DNA of 63,987 nucleotides, the filler included. It is 7 parts of 7 records of this genome, joined end to end, with 100 filler letters (N's around TTAATTAATTAA, not from the genome) between each part and the next. Parts side by side here need not be neighbours in the genome. Positions count along the whole stretch, not along the records: positions 13,848 to 22,476 come from SRR31147125_87286; positions 22,577 to 30,168 come from SRR31147125_87289; positions 30,269 to 39,718 come from SRR31147125_87293; 4 more parts are not named here. One strand, given 5' to 3'. Position numbers and translations under genes: made by a program. The notes under the pieces are model-generated. The model was given only the letters and a program-made list of their open reading frames with translations. It did no database searches and had not been told where the DNA came from. Of the stretch, positions 20,433 to 30,564 are shown piece by piece; the stretch's first letter is position 1, and the number at the start of each line of letters is the position of its first letter.

Positions 20433-21062
20433 GTGAGGGCGCGGGTGAATCTGCTTGATGTCAGATCTGCCGGCGCCTTCAATTCCTCGATGACAAGGGG
20501 CTTACGATTGAGTTTGTTGATTCTACCCGGGGAATGGAAACGGCTGTTCGCCAAACGGCCGACCTTCTGGGGGGCGGAAACGGCCGATAGCGTGTTGGCC
20601 GGCTATGCCAAGGAGATGGAGAAGACCCGTAGAAAAATGGCCGGGAAGCAATTTGCCAAGACGGTTGTCATTCTACGCGGCACTTATCAGGAGGCCACGG
20701 GAAAGACATTCTTGCGCGTCGAGGTTCCTGGTGGATACGCGGACCGCTTTTTGCTCAAGCCCATGGGGATTGAAAACGTGGGCGGCAAGGTTTGTGCGGC
20801 GAACAAAAAACCGTCCAAGGGGCATGTGGCTGTTCGCAAGCTGGGGGGCCTGATTGCCGCGACCCCCGATGCCATCGTGATGACCGGTGATGCCGTCGCC
20901 GTGCAAAAGGCCCTGGCCGAGGCGGTCGGCAAGAACCCGGCCCTGGGCGACGTGCCCGCCATCAAGGCCCATGCCGTATACAGCCTGCCGGGCTACGTCG
21001 ATTCCAGTGTGATCGAATACCCGCTTATTTTACGGCGCTGGGCCGATGTGCTGGGTCGTTAA
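20433..21062 (+). CDS. C-terminal part of a periplasmic metal/cobalamin-type ABC substrate-binding protein, probably 5'-decayed
   Basis: TPDAIV..VPAIKAHAVYSLP C-terminal pattern; no signal peptide; GC and codon style shift near 20540. Confidence 0.5.
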   Translation: MRARVNLLDVRSAGAFNSSMTRGLRLSLLILPGEWKRLFAKRPTFWGAETADSVLAGYAKEMEKTRRKMAGKQFAKTVVILRGTYQEATGKTFLRVEVPGGYADRFLLKPMGIENVGGKVCAANKKPSKGHVAVRKLGGLIAATPDAIVMTGDAVAVQKALAEAVGKNPALGDVPAIKAHAVYSLPGYVDSSVIEYPLILRRWADVLGR

Positions 21063-21358
21063 TACAGCTTCGATCTGCTTTAAAAACTCTTTTCTGACGC
21101 CGTCCGCGCAGCCCTTTGCCGGACAACCTATCCATCACTTCATCCGGGAAATTACCCTATGTAGGCTTCAATAGGTCCTCCTGTATACATTTCGGTTTTT
21201 CATCAGGCTACAATCCTTTACGAGTCAGGTTTTTCCCGCCACGGTTTGCAACAGCGGCTCTCCTGCTAAAAAAAGCTGTCGGGCAAGCGAAAAACGGTGA
21301 AAGCCGTCACCTCTGCGAGGATTTGATTGGACCGATTCCGATTTCTTAAAAAAACTGT

Positions 21359-21418
21359 TTGACAGTTATGTCGGGTTTGATATAACGATGGTCATTATAG
21401 AGATCGACCGTTCTCTAT
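21359..21418 (+). promoter_or_regulatory. sigma70 promoter overlapped by a ModE-like box, followed by a 22-bp palindrome
   Basis: TTGACA (21359-21364)-N16-TATAAC (21381-21386); ACAGTTATGTC-N6-GATATAACGAT (21362-21389); ATAGAGATCG-AC-CGTTCTCTAT (21397-21418). Confidence 0.6.
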
Positions 21419-21522
21419 GAAGAACCTATGCGATTTTGGACGCACTCTTTCGATGGCCTTATGGCAATAATCAGATCCAGGATTACAACTCGCGAGAATG
21501 GTAACATAACGGAGGGTTAGGT

Positions 21523-22476
21523 ATGCGATACGCAGAAACGGGGTATAATTTAGAAATTGATTTGGCCACGGGAAACATTGAACGGGTTCAAACGGATCCG
21601 AATCTGGCGGAATCCCTTCTCGGCGGCCTGGGCACCTGTCTTAAAATAATGTGGGACCGGACCACCCCGGACACGCGCGCGTTTGATCCGGAAAATCTTC
21701 TCATTGTCAGTAGCGGGCTTATGGCCGGCACACCCGCGTTCAGTTCCAACCGCACCCTGATTGTCACCCTTTCTCCGAAAACAAACCTGTTGGCGTATCC
21801 CATGGGGGGGGGTTCTTTGCTCCGGAACTTAAATATGCGGGCTATGACAAGATCATCTTTACCAACAAATCCCCCAAGTGGGTGTATCTATGGGTGCATA
21901 ATGACAAGGTGGAGATACGGGACGCGGAACATCTCAGGGGCACGGGCGCCATTGAAGCCCAGGATCTCATCCGGGAAGAACTGAATGAGCCCAATGCCCA
22001 GGTCGCCGCCATCGGATCGGCCGGGGAATTGAAGTCATATATCGCCACCGTCGAGATGGGCCGCGGGAGCGCCAGCCGAATGGGGGCGGCAGCCGTGTGG
22101 GGGGACAAGAAAATCAAGGCCGTTGCGGTTAGGGGAACCAAGGACGTTAACCTGGCCGATGGCCCGGCCTTTTTGGAAGCGTTGAAGGAAATGCGTGACT
22201 TTGTGGACCACCGCAATCACAACCGTCTTTCCAACAAGTATATCATGGACATTCACACCGGCGTGGGATCGCCCCAGGCCATGGAGATAGTGGATGAAAG
22301 TTGGCATACGGGCGGGTTTGCATGGGGAAATGCCCGCTACCGCAGAAAAGACTTTTGGACCGATGAAATCGAGGAGGCCTGGACAAAGATTCAATACGGA
22401 GCGATCCAGCGCTTCATCAGCTGTTATGCCTGTCCGCAGCAATGCGGGGCACTGATCTGGCACGAAGAAGACCCCC
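21523..22476 (+). CDS. bamB: Tungsten AOR-family protein of the BamB (class II benzoyl-CoA reductase) type; frameshift at G9 (21804-21812); 3'-truncated
   Basis: MRYAETGY N-terminus, GG(F)FAPELKYAGYDKII, SASR.G, GSPQ..DE.WHT..F.WGNAR.RRKDFWTDE, ISCYACP..CGA, all BamB-typical as recalled. Confidence 0.85.
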
Positions 22477-22576
22477 NNNNNNNNNNNNNNNNNNNNNNNN
22501 NNNNNNNNNNNNNNNNNNNNTTAATTAATTAANNNNNNNNNNNNNNNNNNNNNNNNNNNNNNNNNNNNNNNNNNNN
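22477..22576. other. Artificial contig spacer
   Basis: N run with TTAATTAATTAA. Confidence 0.99.
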
Positions 22577-22578
22577 CC

Positions 22579-22621
22579 ACCGCTGTAAACGCGGTACCCC
22601 CTCCTCTACAAAAAGGAGGGG
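22579..22621. repeat. REP-like double hairpin at the contig end
   Basis: ACCGC-N7-GCGGT then CCCCTCCT-N8-AGGAGGGG. Confidence 0.5.
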
Positions 22622-22682
22622 AAAGTTCGTGCTTGAATCTTGTTTCATATTTCAAAATTGCAATGGAACATATTTGTATTTA

Positions 22683-24161
22683 TTATTCTCTTGTTCTACG
22701 TTTGTAATTCATCCAGTTGTCACCATTTTTTACGGCCTTAAAAGTTGTTGGATTATGTGAAGGCCACGGATACTTTCTTTTAGCTGACTCTAATCGTTTT
22801 TCTGAAAAATCGGCCGTAGTTGGCAATTCGTATTTTTCAATTTTTTCTAAGAAATTCTCCCTTATTTTTTCGGTCTGATTTGATTCGGTCATTGCTTCAT
22901 AATCAAGAATATTTCCGTTGGGGCTGCATTTCCATATTCCGCCGCTACCGTCCATCATGTATTCTTTTGTTCGAGCGGTTCGTTCCAAATCCAGGAAGCT
23001 GAATATGAATTCCTTTTCTGTAAAAGACTTATCATCGAGCACAGCCTTAAAACTTTTCCCATCCAGTTCATTCATTTCACCAACGTCAACACCTGCCATT
23101 TCGCATAAAGTTGGATACATATCGGCAAAGTCAACCATAACGTCGCTAAGGCCTTTTGCTTTTACAGGTCCTCCAAAAACAATAAGCGGAACGCGAACGC
23201 CCAACTCCGAGCAGGTTCCTTTTCCATTTGCCAGCGTTGCATTATCGCCCGTTAAGAAGACAATGGTATTATCGTACAAATCGTTTTCTTTTAAGATTGC
23301 TACCAATTCATTTAAATAATACTCAACACGCTGAACAAGTGGCGCAATACCCGGTTCTGTTCTTTCACCCGGTTTCCCGGGAATTGGAGTTCCTAACCAC
23401 GGATCGTGTGGCAAAACCATTGGGTAGTATAAAAAGAATGGCTTATTGCGTTTTTTTGTAATGTATTCCAACGCAAATTTTTGATTCAAATCGGGTGCAA
23501 AGGTTGTTGAATCGCTTGGCATTAATTTGCCGTTTTCAATTACACAACCATTCCAGTAAAGCGCCGGATATTTCTGGTTGTTTTTTCCAATTACAGCTTT
23601 GTCGTGAAATGTTTCTGCAGCCTTTTTCCACGAAAACCAAAGGCCATCCCAAACCACCTCTTTTTCGAATGGAGTGAAATAACCGCCCAACAACGAATAT
23701 TCATCAAAACCGTATTCCTCTTGTCCGGCGTTTCCCGGCAAATGCCATTTCCCCGAGATGGCAGTTTCGTAACCATTCTCTTTTAACACCTTTGAAAAAG
23801 GTTTATGTTGTTTGGCAAAATCGTTATCCGAGCGGCTTAACTTGTTTCCATAAACTTTGGTATTTGCGCCGTATTTTCCGCTTAAAAGCATGGCACGAGT
23901 TGGTTTGCACAAAGGCGATGCCCAGCAAGTGTTAAACCGCACGCCACTTTCTGCAAGTTTATCGATAACCGGGGTGTAATTTCCGGCAGGATGATTTTCA
24001 GTAGCGTAACACGAAAATTCAACAGCACTACAATCATCAATCATCAGAAAAATGATGTTTAGCTTTTCTTCTGCCATTAATTGAAGGCTGAAAAGAATAA
24101 GGAGAAAAGTGACTACTCCCGCTTTTTTTAAACTTCCCTTATATTTTTCTTTCATCTTCAT
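22683..24161 (-). CDS. Cys-type S1 sulfatase, secreted
   Basis: NIIFLMIDD, CKPTR (CxPxR), GKWHL, PHDP, GDN, RVPLIV. Confidence 0.92.
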   Translation of the reverse strand: MKMKEKYKGSLKKAGVVTFLLILFSLQLMAEEKLNIIFLMIDDCSAVEFSCYATENHPAGNYTPVIDKLAESGVRFNTCWASPLCKPTRAMLLSGKYGANTKVYGNKLSRSDNDFAKQHKPFSKVLKENGYETAISGKWHLPGNAGQEEYGFDEYSLLGGYFTPFEKEVVWDGLWFSWKKAAETFHDKAVIGKNNQKYPALYWNGCVIENGKLMPSDSTTFAPDLNQKFALEYITKKRNKPFFLYYPMVLPHDPWLGTPIPGKPGERTEPGIAPLVQRVEYYLNELVAILKENDLYDNTIVFLTGDNATLANGKGTCSELGVRVPLIVFGGPVKAKGLSDVMVDFADMYPTLCEMAGVDVGEMNELDGKSFKAVLDDKSFTEKEFIFSFLDLERTARTKEYMMDGSGGIWKCSPNGNILDYEAMTESNQTEKIRENFLEKIEKYELPTTADFSEKRLESAKRKYPWPSHNPTTFKAVKNGDNWMNYKRRTRE

Positions 24162-24213
24162 TTGTTTTTGTTTGAAATAACTCTAATTCTCTGCCTGCCG
24201 AACATGCTCAGAC

Positions 24214-24256
24214 TTCGACTTCGCTCAGCCTGACTGTCATAGTGAGCGGAGTCGAA
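24214..24256. repeat. REP-like inverted repeat
   Basis: TTCGACTTCGCTCA ... TGAGCGGAGTCGAA (13/14 complementary) with inner TGAC-T-GTCA. Confidence 0.65.
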
Positions 24257-24269
24257 CTATGTTTCAATT

Positions 24270-27184
24270 CTATTGCTGAGATAATTCGAATGCATTTAAC
24301 CAAACACCTTTCGAATCTTTTGCATCTTTAAAAGTCAGTTTCACAGGACCGCCATCGGTTTCGAAAATAATTTCAGCAGTTCCCGGTTTTGGATGTCTGA
24401 ATTGCAATTCCTGACCTTCGGAAACAGCCACATTTTTAATCGTTCTTTCCCCGTTTTTATCCTGAACCAAAACATCAAGGCGCTTTGCATACGGTAGGGT
24501 ATGAATTTTTACCTTTTTTAGTTTTTCCTTATTCGGATCCATGCTGTCGGTATTCGAGCGCGGTGCGTGGTGGTAACTTGTAATTTTATATTTTCCTGTC
24601 GGAAGGTCTTTTAGTTCTAGTACCAAACCGTTTTCATCAATTCCGAGAACACCTTCGCCATAAGCAAAACCATACAGACCAATTACATTCATTTCACCTA
24701 ACCAGCGCAGTACTCCATTGCCGGAAGCTGTGTTAACTTCAGCCTTAAATCCACCCAGCGCATCAATTTTAATCTCTGATGTTTCATTGTCGGTTCCGTT
24801 CCATGGCAACCAGCCAAATTGCAGCAACTGGTCGGCGGCTCCCATATCAACTTTTACTTTGTCGTAGTCGTAAATTGCATATGCATTCGCCAGCATCATA
24901 TCGGTTTCGTCGGCAATTGTTTCGGTATTTGCCGTTGCCGATTTTAATCCTTTTGAAGTGGCTATTACTGTAATTTTTCCTGCAGTTTTTCCTGCCTGAA
25001 TAAGTACCGACGCTCCTCCCCTTTTTACTTTCAATGGATTTGAACCAATTCCTTCGGCCTCGCCTATTACTTTTGCATCTCCGGTAACCTCAAATTTAAT
25101 TTCAGCTTCCGAATCACGAATAATCATCCCATTCGCATCAATAATTTCGGCATGACCAACCAAAATATCCGAGCCATCGGCAACAAATTCGCGGCCTTTG
25201 GTATCTAACCAAAAGCGAATGCCCACAGGTTTCCCCAGTGTATAAATGGTTTGTTCTGCAATTACTTTTCCGTACTGAATTCCTTTTGCTGTAAGTTTTC
25301 CTTCTTCAAAATTTTCAATCTCAATTTCGTATGGAGGATGGTCAATTCCCTGGTATTTTAATTCGCGCGACGGACGGTATTTACCAATCGCTTTATCGTT
25401 CACAAACAATTCAATTTCGGGACAATTACTATAAATGGTTAGTTTTTGAATGCCTGCTTTCCATTCATCAGGGATATAAATCATCGGCGCGTCTTTCATT
25501 TCGGTGGGGTACCACATTAAATCCTGACGTTTTATATAGCGAAACGAATCCCACATTCCGGCACGGGTGCGGTCTTCGAAGTTGCCAATATCGTGGAAAG
25601 TATAGTAGGCGTGCGCCACCCACGAAATCATTCCGGGCATTAACGGATCGCGTTTGTATTTAGCAATCACTTCCGGTCCCGAACCACCCTCCATGGCAAA
25701 CAGCGGCTCGTTGCGTTCCCAAATTACAGGGCCGTAATTCATGTTGGCATAAATATCGGTTACCCACGAGGTTTGCCAGCCTGTCCAGCGGCTTCCCTGC
25801 GAGGCCGTTAATCGTGTTGGGTCTTCTTGTTTAATGGCGTAATGAGCTTGCGGAACCGGGCCACGGTGGTTAATTCCTGCACCCCAAATTACAATCGAAG
25901 GGTGGTTTCTATGATTTCGAACCATTGTACGGGCTGCTTTTTCAAAATTGTCGTACCAGGCTTGTTTTTGCGAAATATTTATCCAGGTTGGTGCTTCTTC
26001 GTACACCAAAATTCCAAGCTCGTCGCAGGCTCGCATAATCTCATCGTCGTGTGGATAGTGTGCGCAACGCATTACGTTAAAGCCCATATTTTTGAAGTCG
26101 AGCATATCTTTATAATGCAGCGAGTTTGGCATTGCATCGCCAATGTAACCGTAGTGCTGGTGGCGGTTGTATCCAATCAACTCAATTACTTTCCCGTTTA
26201 ATTTGAATCCCTTTTCCGGGTCGAGTTCAAACTTGCGAATACCCAGCGGATTATCCACACAATCGATCGGTTTGCCACTCTCGAAAACCGTTGTATTTAC
26301 TTTGTACAAATACGGATTATCAACATCCCACAGATTTACATTTTCTTCAATTCCTCCAATTTGGTTGAAGGTAAAATCGGCACCAGCTGAAATTGTTTGA
26401 GTTTGCTGGAGCTTTAAAACAACCAATCCGTTATTATCAACAACACGGTTTACAACTGTTGCTGTACGTGTTTTTTGCTTTCGTTTTTTACGTTGGTTTT
26501 TATGTTGATGGTGGCGTTCAAATTCACAGGATCAACAGCCGGAGTGGTGATTGTAATCCCCGAATTCATGGATTCGATGTTAAAAGTAATTCGCATCGGA
26601 TAGGTCTCAAGCAAATACACATCGCGGTACAAACCACTAAATTTTATATAATCGAAAGGCCCCGGATCGGGAGTTACCAATTCATTTTTGCGGTTGTCAA
26701 CCAGTAAAGTAACCTGGTTATCTTTTCCGTAATTTACGTAATCAGAAACATCGAAAATAAAAGGCGTATAGCCACCAACTGCGTGCTGACCAACGTGCTT
26801 TCCATTCACCCAAAGGTCGGTTACCTTATGAGCTCCTTCAAACTCAAGAAAAACCTTTTTGTTTGAATTGGAACCTACTTTTATTGTTTTACGGTACCAC
26901 CCTACTTCGCGATGAAAAGTTGGTTGGGTTTTATCGTCCATCACTCCATCAAGATTAATAGACGTAAGTTTTAAGGTGTGTGGAATACTAACTTCTTCCC
27001 ACTTGGAATCATTGAAACTTTTCGAATAAAACTCAGAATCGGCATCGCCCAAATGAAATTTCCAGGCAGTATTTAATTTGATTTTTGTACGTTGCGTTTG
27101 CGGATAACCTTCGGGCAGGTTTTGCGCATAAAGTGTAGTTCCTACTAAAAGCGAGAATAAAAAACAGAGGATTTTCTTTTGCAT
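24270..27184 (-). CDS. Glycoside hydrolase family 2 (beta-galactosidase-like); frameshift at T6 (26471-26476)
   Basis: GWYRK, FEGA, GGYTPF, SGLYRDV, GYNRHQ, RCAHYP, RNHPSIVIW; adding one A joins the two ORFs (ESKKTRTATVVNRVVD). Confidence 0.92.
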
Positions 27185-27217
27185 AACAATACAGGTTTAG
27201 TAATAAAACAAAAATAA

Positions 27218-27254
27218 GTATCGGCTTTTCAACGCTGGGTTAAAAAGCCGATAC
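27218..27254. terminator. Strong intergenic hairpin (terminator or mRNA stabiliser)
   Basis: GTATCGGCTTTT-N13-AAAAGCCGATAC, perfect 12-bp stem. Confidence 0.55.
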
Positions 27255-27291
27255 AATTAGGGGGGTAGATTTTAATATTCCAATTTGTTGG

Positions 27292-28884
27292 CTATTCAGG
27301 CATTAAATAGTAGTCCCAGAAGTCATATTTTTCTTCAACGCTTTCCTTTTTATCTTCCAATTCAACAGCCTTCTCTTTCATCTCTTTTTGCATGCTTTGC
27401 AACGTTTCTTTGTATTGGAGCAAGAATGACAAATCTGTGGTTTCCCAGGGATCGTTTTTCAGATTAAACAACTGGGTAACACGTGAACCGGTGTAATAAA
27501 CTTCTTTCGTTTTTTTATCGAAGTTCGGCGCTCGCACATATTCTATCAACTTATAATCGCCTTTTCTATATGCGCGCTGAAATGTGCGATAAGCATGGTA
27601 AGTGTAATCTCGTACAATTTCGGTTTCTCCGTTAATCACAGGTTTCATACTTTTTCCTGTAACCGATTGCGGAATTTCTACACCGGCCAAATCGCAAACT
27701 GTTGGGTATATATCGTGGATGTAACAGAAAGCATTATTTCGTACGCCATGCTTTGGTGCCTTTCCTCCGGAAATGATAAACGGCACATGAATTCCATCTT
27801 CGTCGTACACATTTTGTTTCCCCAGCAAACCATGATTACCAACTCCCAAACCACTGTCGCCTGCAAAAACAATTATTGTGTTTTCATACTGACCGCTTTC
27901 TTTTAGTGCGGCAATAACTTTTCCAATTTGAGCATCAAGATGAGTGATAATTGCGTAATAATCGGCCAAATGTTTTCGTGCCACTTCGGGAGAACGCGGC
28001 CACGGCCCTAGCTGTTCATCACGCAAATACAGGTGTCCGTTATCAAAAGGATGCTGCGGCATGTACGACGGCATTAATTCAATCTCTTCATCGGGATACA
28101 TATCGCGATATTCCTTAGGAGCTTGCCGCGGATCGTGTGGTGCATGAAAAGCCAGGTACATAAAAAATGGTTGTTTTTCATCGTATGAGTTAATAAACTC
28201 AGAAGCACATTCTGCATAAATTTCGGATGAGTGAGGTCCGTCAGATTCAGTACCGGTTGGGCCACGTTTATCGTCTTTTGTTGGCTTACGTATTTTTCGC
28301 TTACCATTTTCATCATAAACAATCATAAAAATTTCATCTTTGGCAAACTCTCCTGTTTTATCGAATTTATGATAGGGTTGTCTGAAATGATCGACCATGT
28401 ACAAACCGCGCCCTTGAATTGTTCCGCCGGTATTAAACGAACGGGCAAGAGCAGCATTGTCTTGATGCCATTTACCAACCATATACGTATTATACCCGGC
28501 ATTGGTAAATGTTTCGCCAATGGTTTTATGTTCTTTAGGAATAGTGTGGCCCTGCCCTTTTAACTTAAATAATTGACGTCCGGTGTGTAACATTGCGCGA
28601 CTCGGAACACAAGTTGCACCGGAAAATGAGCCCATTAGAAAAGCATTGTCGAAAATAATTCCCGAGTTTGCCAGCTTGTCGACATTTGGTGTTTTTACAG
28701 CCTGCCCTCCCAAAGCATGAATCCCCGAATAACGATGATCGTCGGTATAAATAAGCAGTACATTGGGTTTCCCTTCGACTCCCGACGTTTCTGCCGGGAC
28801 AGGTCCGCTCAGGGTGACCTTATTTTTAGCATGAATGTTCAAAACACTCAAAATGATTATTAATATTGTTGTTAAGGTTTTCAT
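27292..28884 (-). CDS. Cys-type S1 sulfatase, secreted
   Basis: KPNVLLIYTDD, CVPSR, GKWHQ, APHDP, GNHGLLGKQNVY. Confidence 0.93.
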   Translation of the reverse strand: MKTLTTILIIILSVLNIHAKNKVTLSGPVPAETSGVEGKPNVLLIYTDDHRYSGIHALGGQAVKTPNVDKLANSGIIFDNAFLMGSFSGATCVPSRAMLHTGRQLFKLKGQGHTIPKEHKTIGETFTNAGYNTYMVGKWHQDNAALARSFNTGGTIQGRGLYMVDHFRQPYHKFDKTGEFAKDEIFMIVYDENGKRKIRKPTKDDKRGPTGTESDGPHSSEIYAECASEFINSYDEKQPFFMYLAFHAPHDPRQAPKEYRDMYPDEEIELMPSYMPQHPFDNGHLYLRDEQLGPWPRSPEVARKHLADYYAIITHLDAQIGKVIAALKESGQYENTIIVFAGDSGLGVGNHGLLGKQNVYDEDGIHVPFIISGGKAPKHGVRNNAFCYIHDIYPTVCDLAGVEIPQSVTGKSMKPVINGETEIVRDYTYHAYRTFQRAYRKGDYKLIEYVRAPNFDKKTKEVYYTGSRVTQLFNLKNDPWETTDLSFLLQYKETLQSMQKEMKEKAVELEDKKESVEEKYDFWDYYLMPE

Positions 28885-28906
28885 ATTTTTTTGTTTTTGT
28901 TAACAC

Positions 28907-28928
28907 GCAGCGGATAGGAATCCGCTGC
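28907..28928. repeat. Intergenic hairpin
   Basis: GCAGCGGAT-AGGA-ATCCGCTGC. Confidence 0.5.
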
Positions 28929-28966
28929 ACCCAATTTAAACTTTGAACGCAGAACTTTGAACTTTT

Positions 28967-30168
28967 TCAACTCCCGGTTCTAACTTTACTTGCCCGTGTT
29001 TCGTTATATTTTTTGAACAGTTTGGCAATTCTCTCTTTTTGTGCCGGATCGTTTACCAAATTTTTGCTTTCGTCTTCGCTTGGATTATCTTTTAGATTGA
29101 ATAAAGCCACAGGTTCGCGGGTCATATCAGTCTTATCTTTTTTATCGCACTGAATGATTAATTTCCATTCATTCTCGATAATAATTAACTGGCGGCCTGT
29201 TCCGCTTTGCAGCATAATGTAGTCGCGGTCGAGTTTCTTATTCTTTTTCAGAATTGGCATTAAACTGTACGAATCCATTGCCTGATTTTTTAGAATTTCT
29301 ACGCCGGTTATTTCGGCAAGAGTTGCTGCGATATCAAGTCCAAGAATTAACTCATCGGTTTCTTTTCCGGCTTTTAATTCATCGGGCCAGCTTACAATAA
29401 ACGGTACGCGGTGACCTCCTTCGTGCTCCTTGTTTTTGCCGCCACGGTAAATATCACTTGGCTGATGCCCGGAAGCCAGTGTTTGTTTTCTGGTCAGTCC
29501 ACCGTTATCAGAAGTAAAAATAAAAATGGTATTCTCGTAAATGCCTTGCTTTTTCAGTTCGTCAACCAGCATACCCATTTGTACATCCAGCTCTTTTATC
29601 ATGTCCATGTGGGAGCACGGTGTTGTTCCGGCAATTTTTATCCCGTTTATTTCTTTTGGTGGGTTATGAGGCAAATGTACTGCCTGCGAACAGTAGTACA
29701 TAAAAAATGGCTTTTCTTTGTTGGCATGTTTCCGAATGTAATCAACTCCTTTTCCGGCCAATAATGGGCCTGCATTTCTTGGGTCCCAGTTTAAATCGCC
29801 AAGCCCCTCAGCTTTATCCAGTTTCACACCAATTTTAGTCATATTTCCTTGTGTAATCACGCCAATTTCAACAGGTTTATTGCTGTACGGATAAATCGCA
29901 CCATTTTCGTAAGCGGCATAAGGTATCGCCTGAATTCCTGCCGGATAAGCAAAACTATAATCGAATCCCTTTTGATTTGGCCCATCGATAATTTTCGTGA
30001 TATCAACATCTAACTGTAATTTACTTCTGTCGCCACGATAAATTGTGCCAGGTTGACTTAAGCGATAGTAAGAACCACCTAAATGCCACTTGCCAAAAAA
30101 CGCGGTGTTATAACCTGCCTTTTTCATCATTCGCCCCAGTGTTAGGTCGTTATCTTTTATGGGAGTTT
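28967..30168 (-). CDS. Arylsulfatase-family protein, 5'-truncated
   Basis: GKWHLG, AVHLPH, FTSDNGG, EGGHRVPF; frame open to the contig edge. Confidence 0.9.
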
Positions 30169-30268
30169 NNNNNNNNNNNNNNNNNNNNNNNNNNNNNNNN
30201 NNNNNNNNNNNNTTAATTAATTAANNNNNNNNNNNNNNNNNNNNNNNNNNNNNNNNNNNNNNNNNNNN
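30169..30268. other. Artificial contig spacer
   Basis: N run with TTAATTAATTAA. Confidence 0.99.
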
Positions 30269-30564
30269 AACCAATGCGCGTGAGGTCTTTCATATAAAAA
30301 CATTTGATCAAAAACATGGATCAATACTTTCCGACCAAAAATAGAGAATATAACATTTCATCACCATCATTTACACCCCATTGAACAAATCATAGTCCCC
30401 AATGCTGTTGCCGTAAACTTGCCAAGCACGTCAACGCTGGAAAATACTTAAGTTATTGTCAAGTCCGGTTTTTGCCATATATTGTTGAGTTGGGTTAAAC
30501 CTTTAAAATGTCTATGATATGTTTTTACCCATAAAATCATACAAATCACCTGAAGGATAATGAT

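Noticed and set aside
30269-30293. Minus-strand gene start MKDLTRIG, possibly NikR-like
   Set aside because: Only eight codons before the contig end
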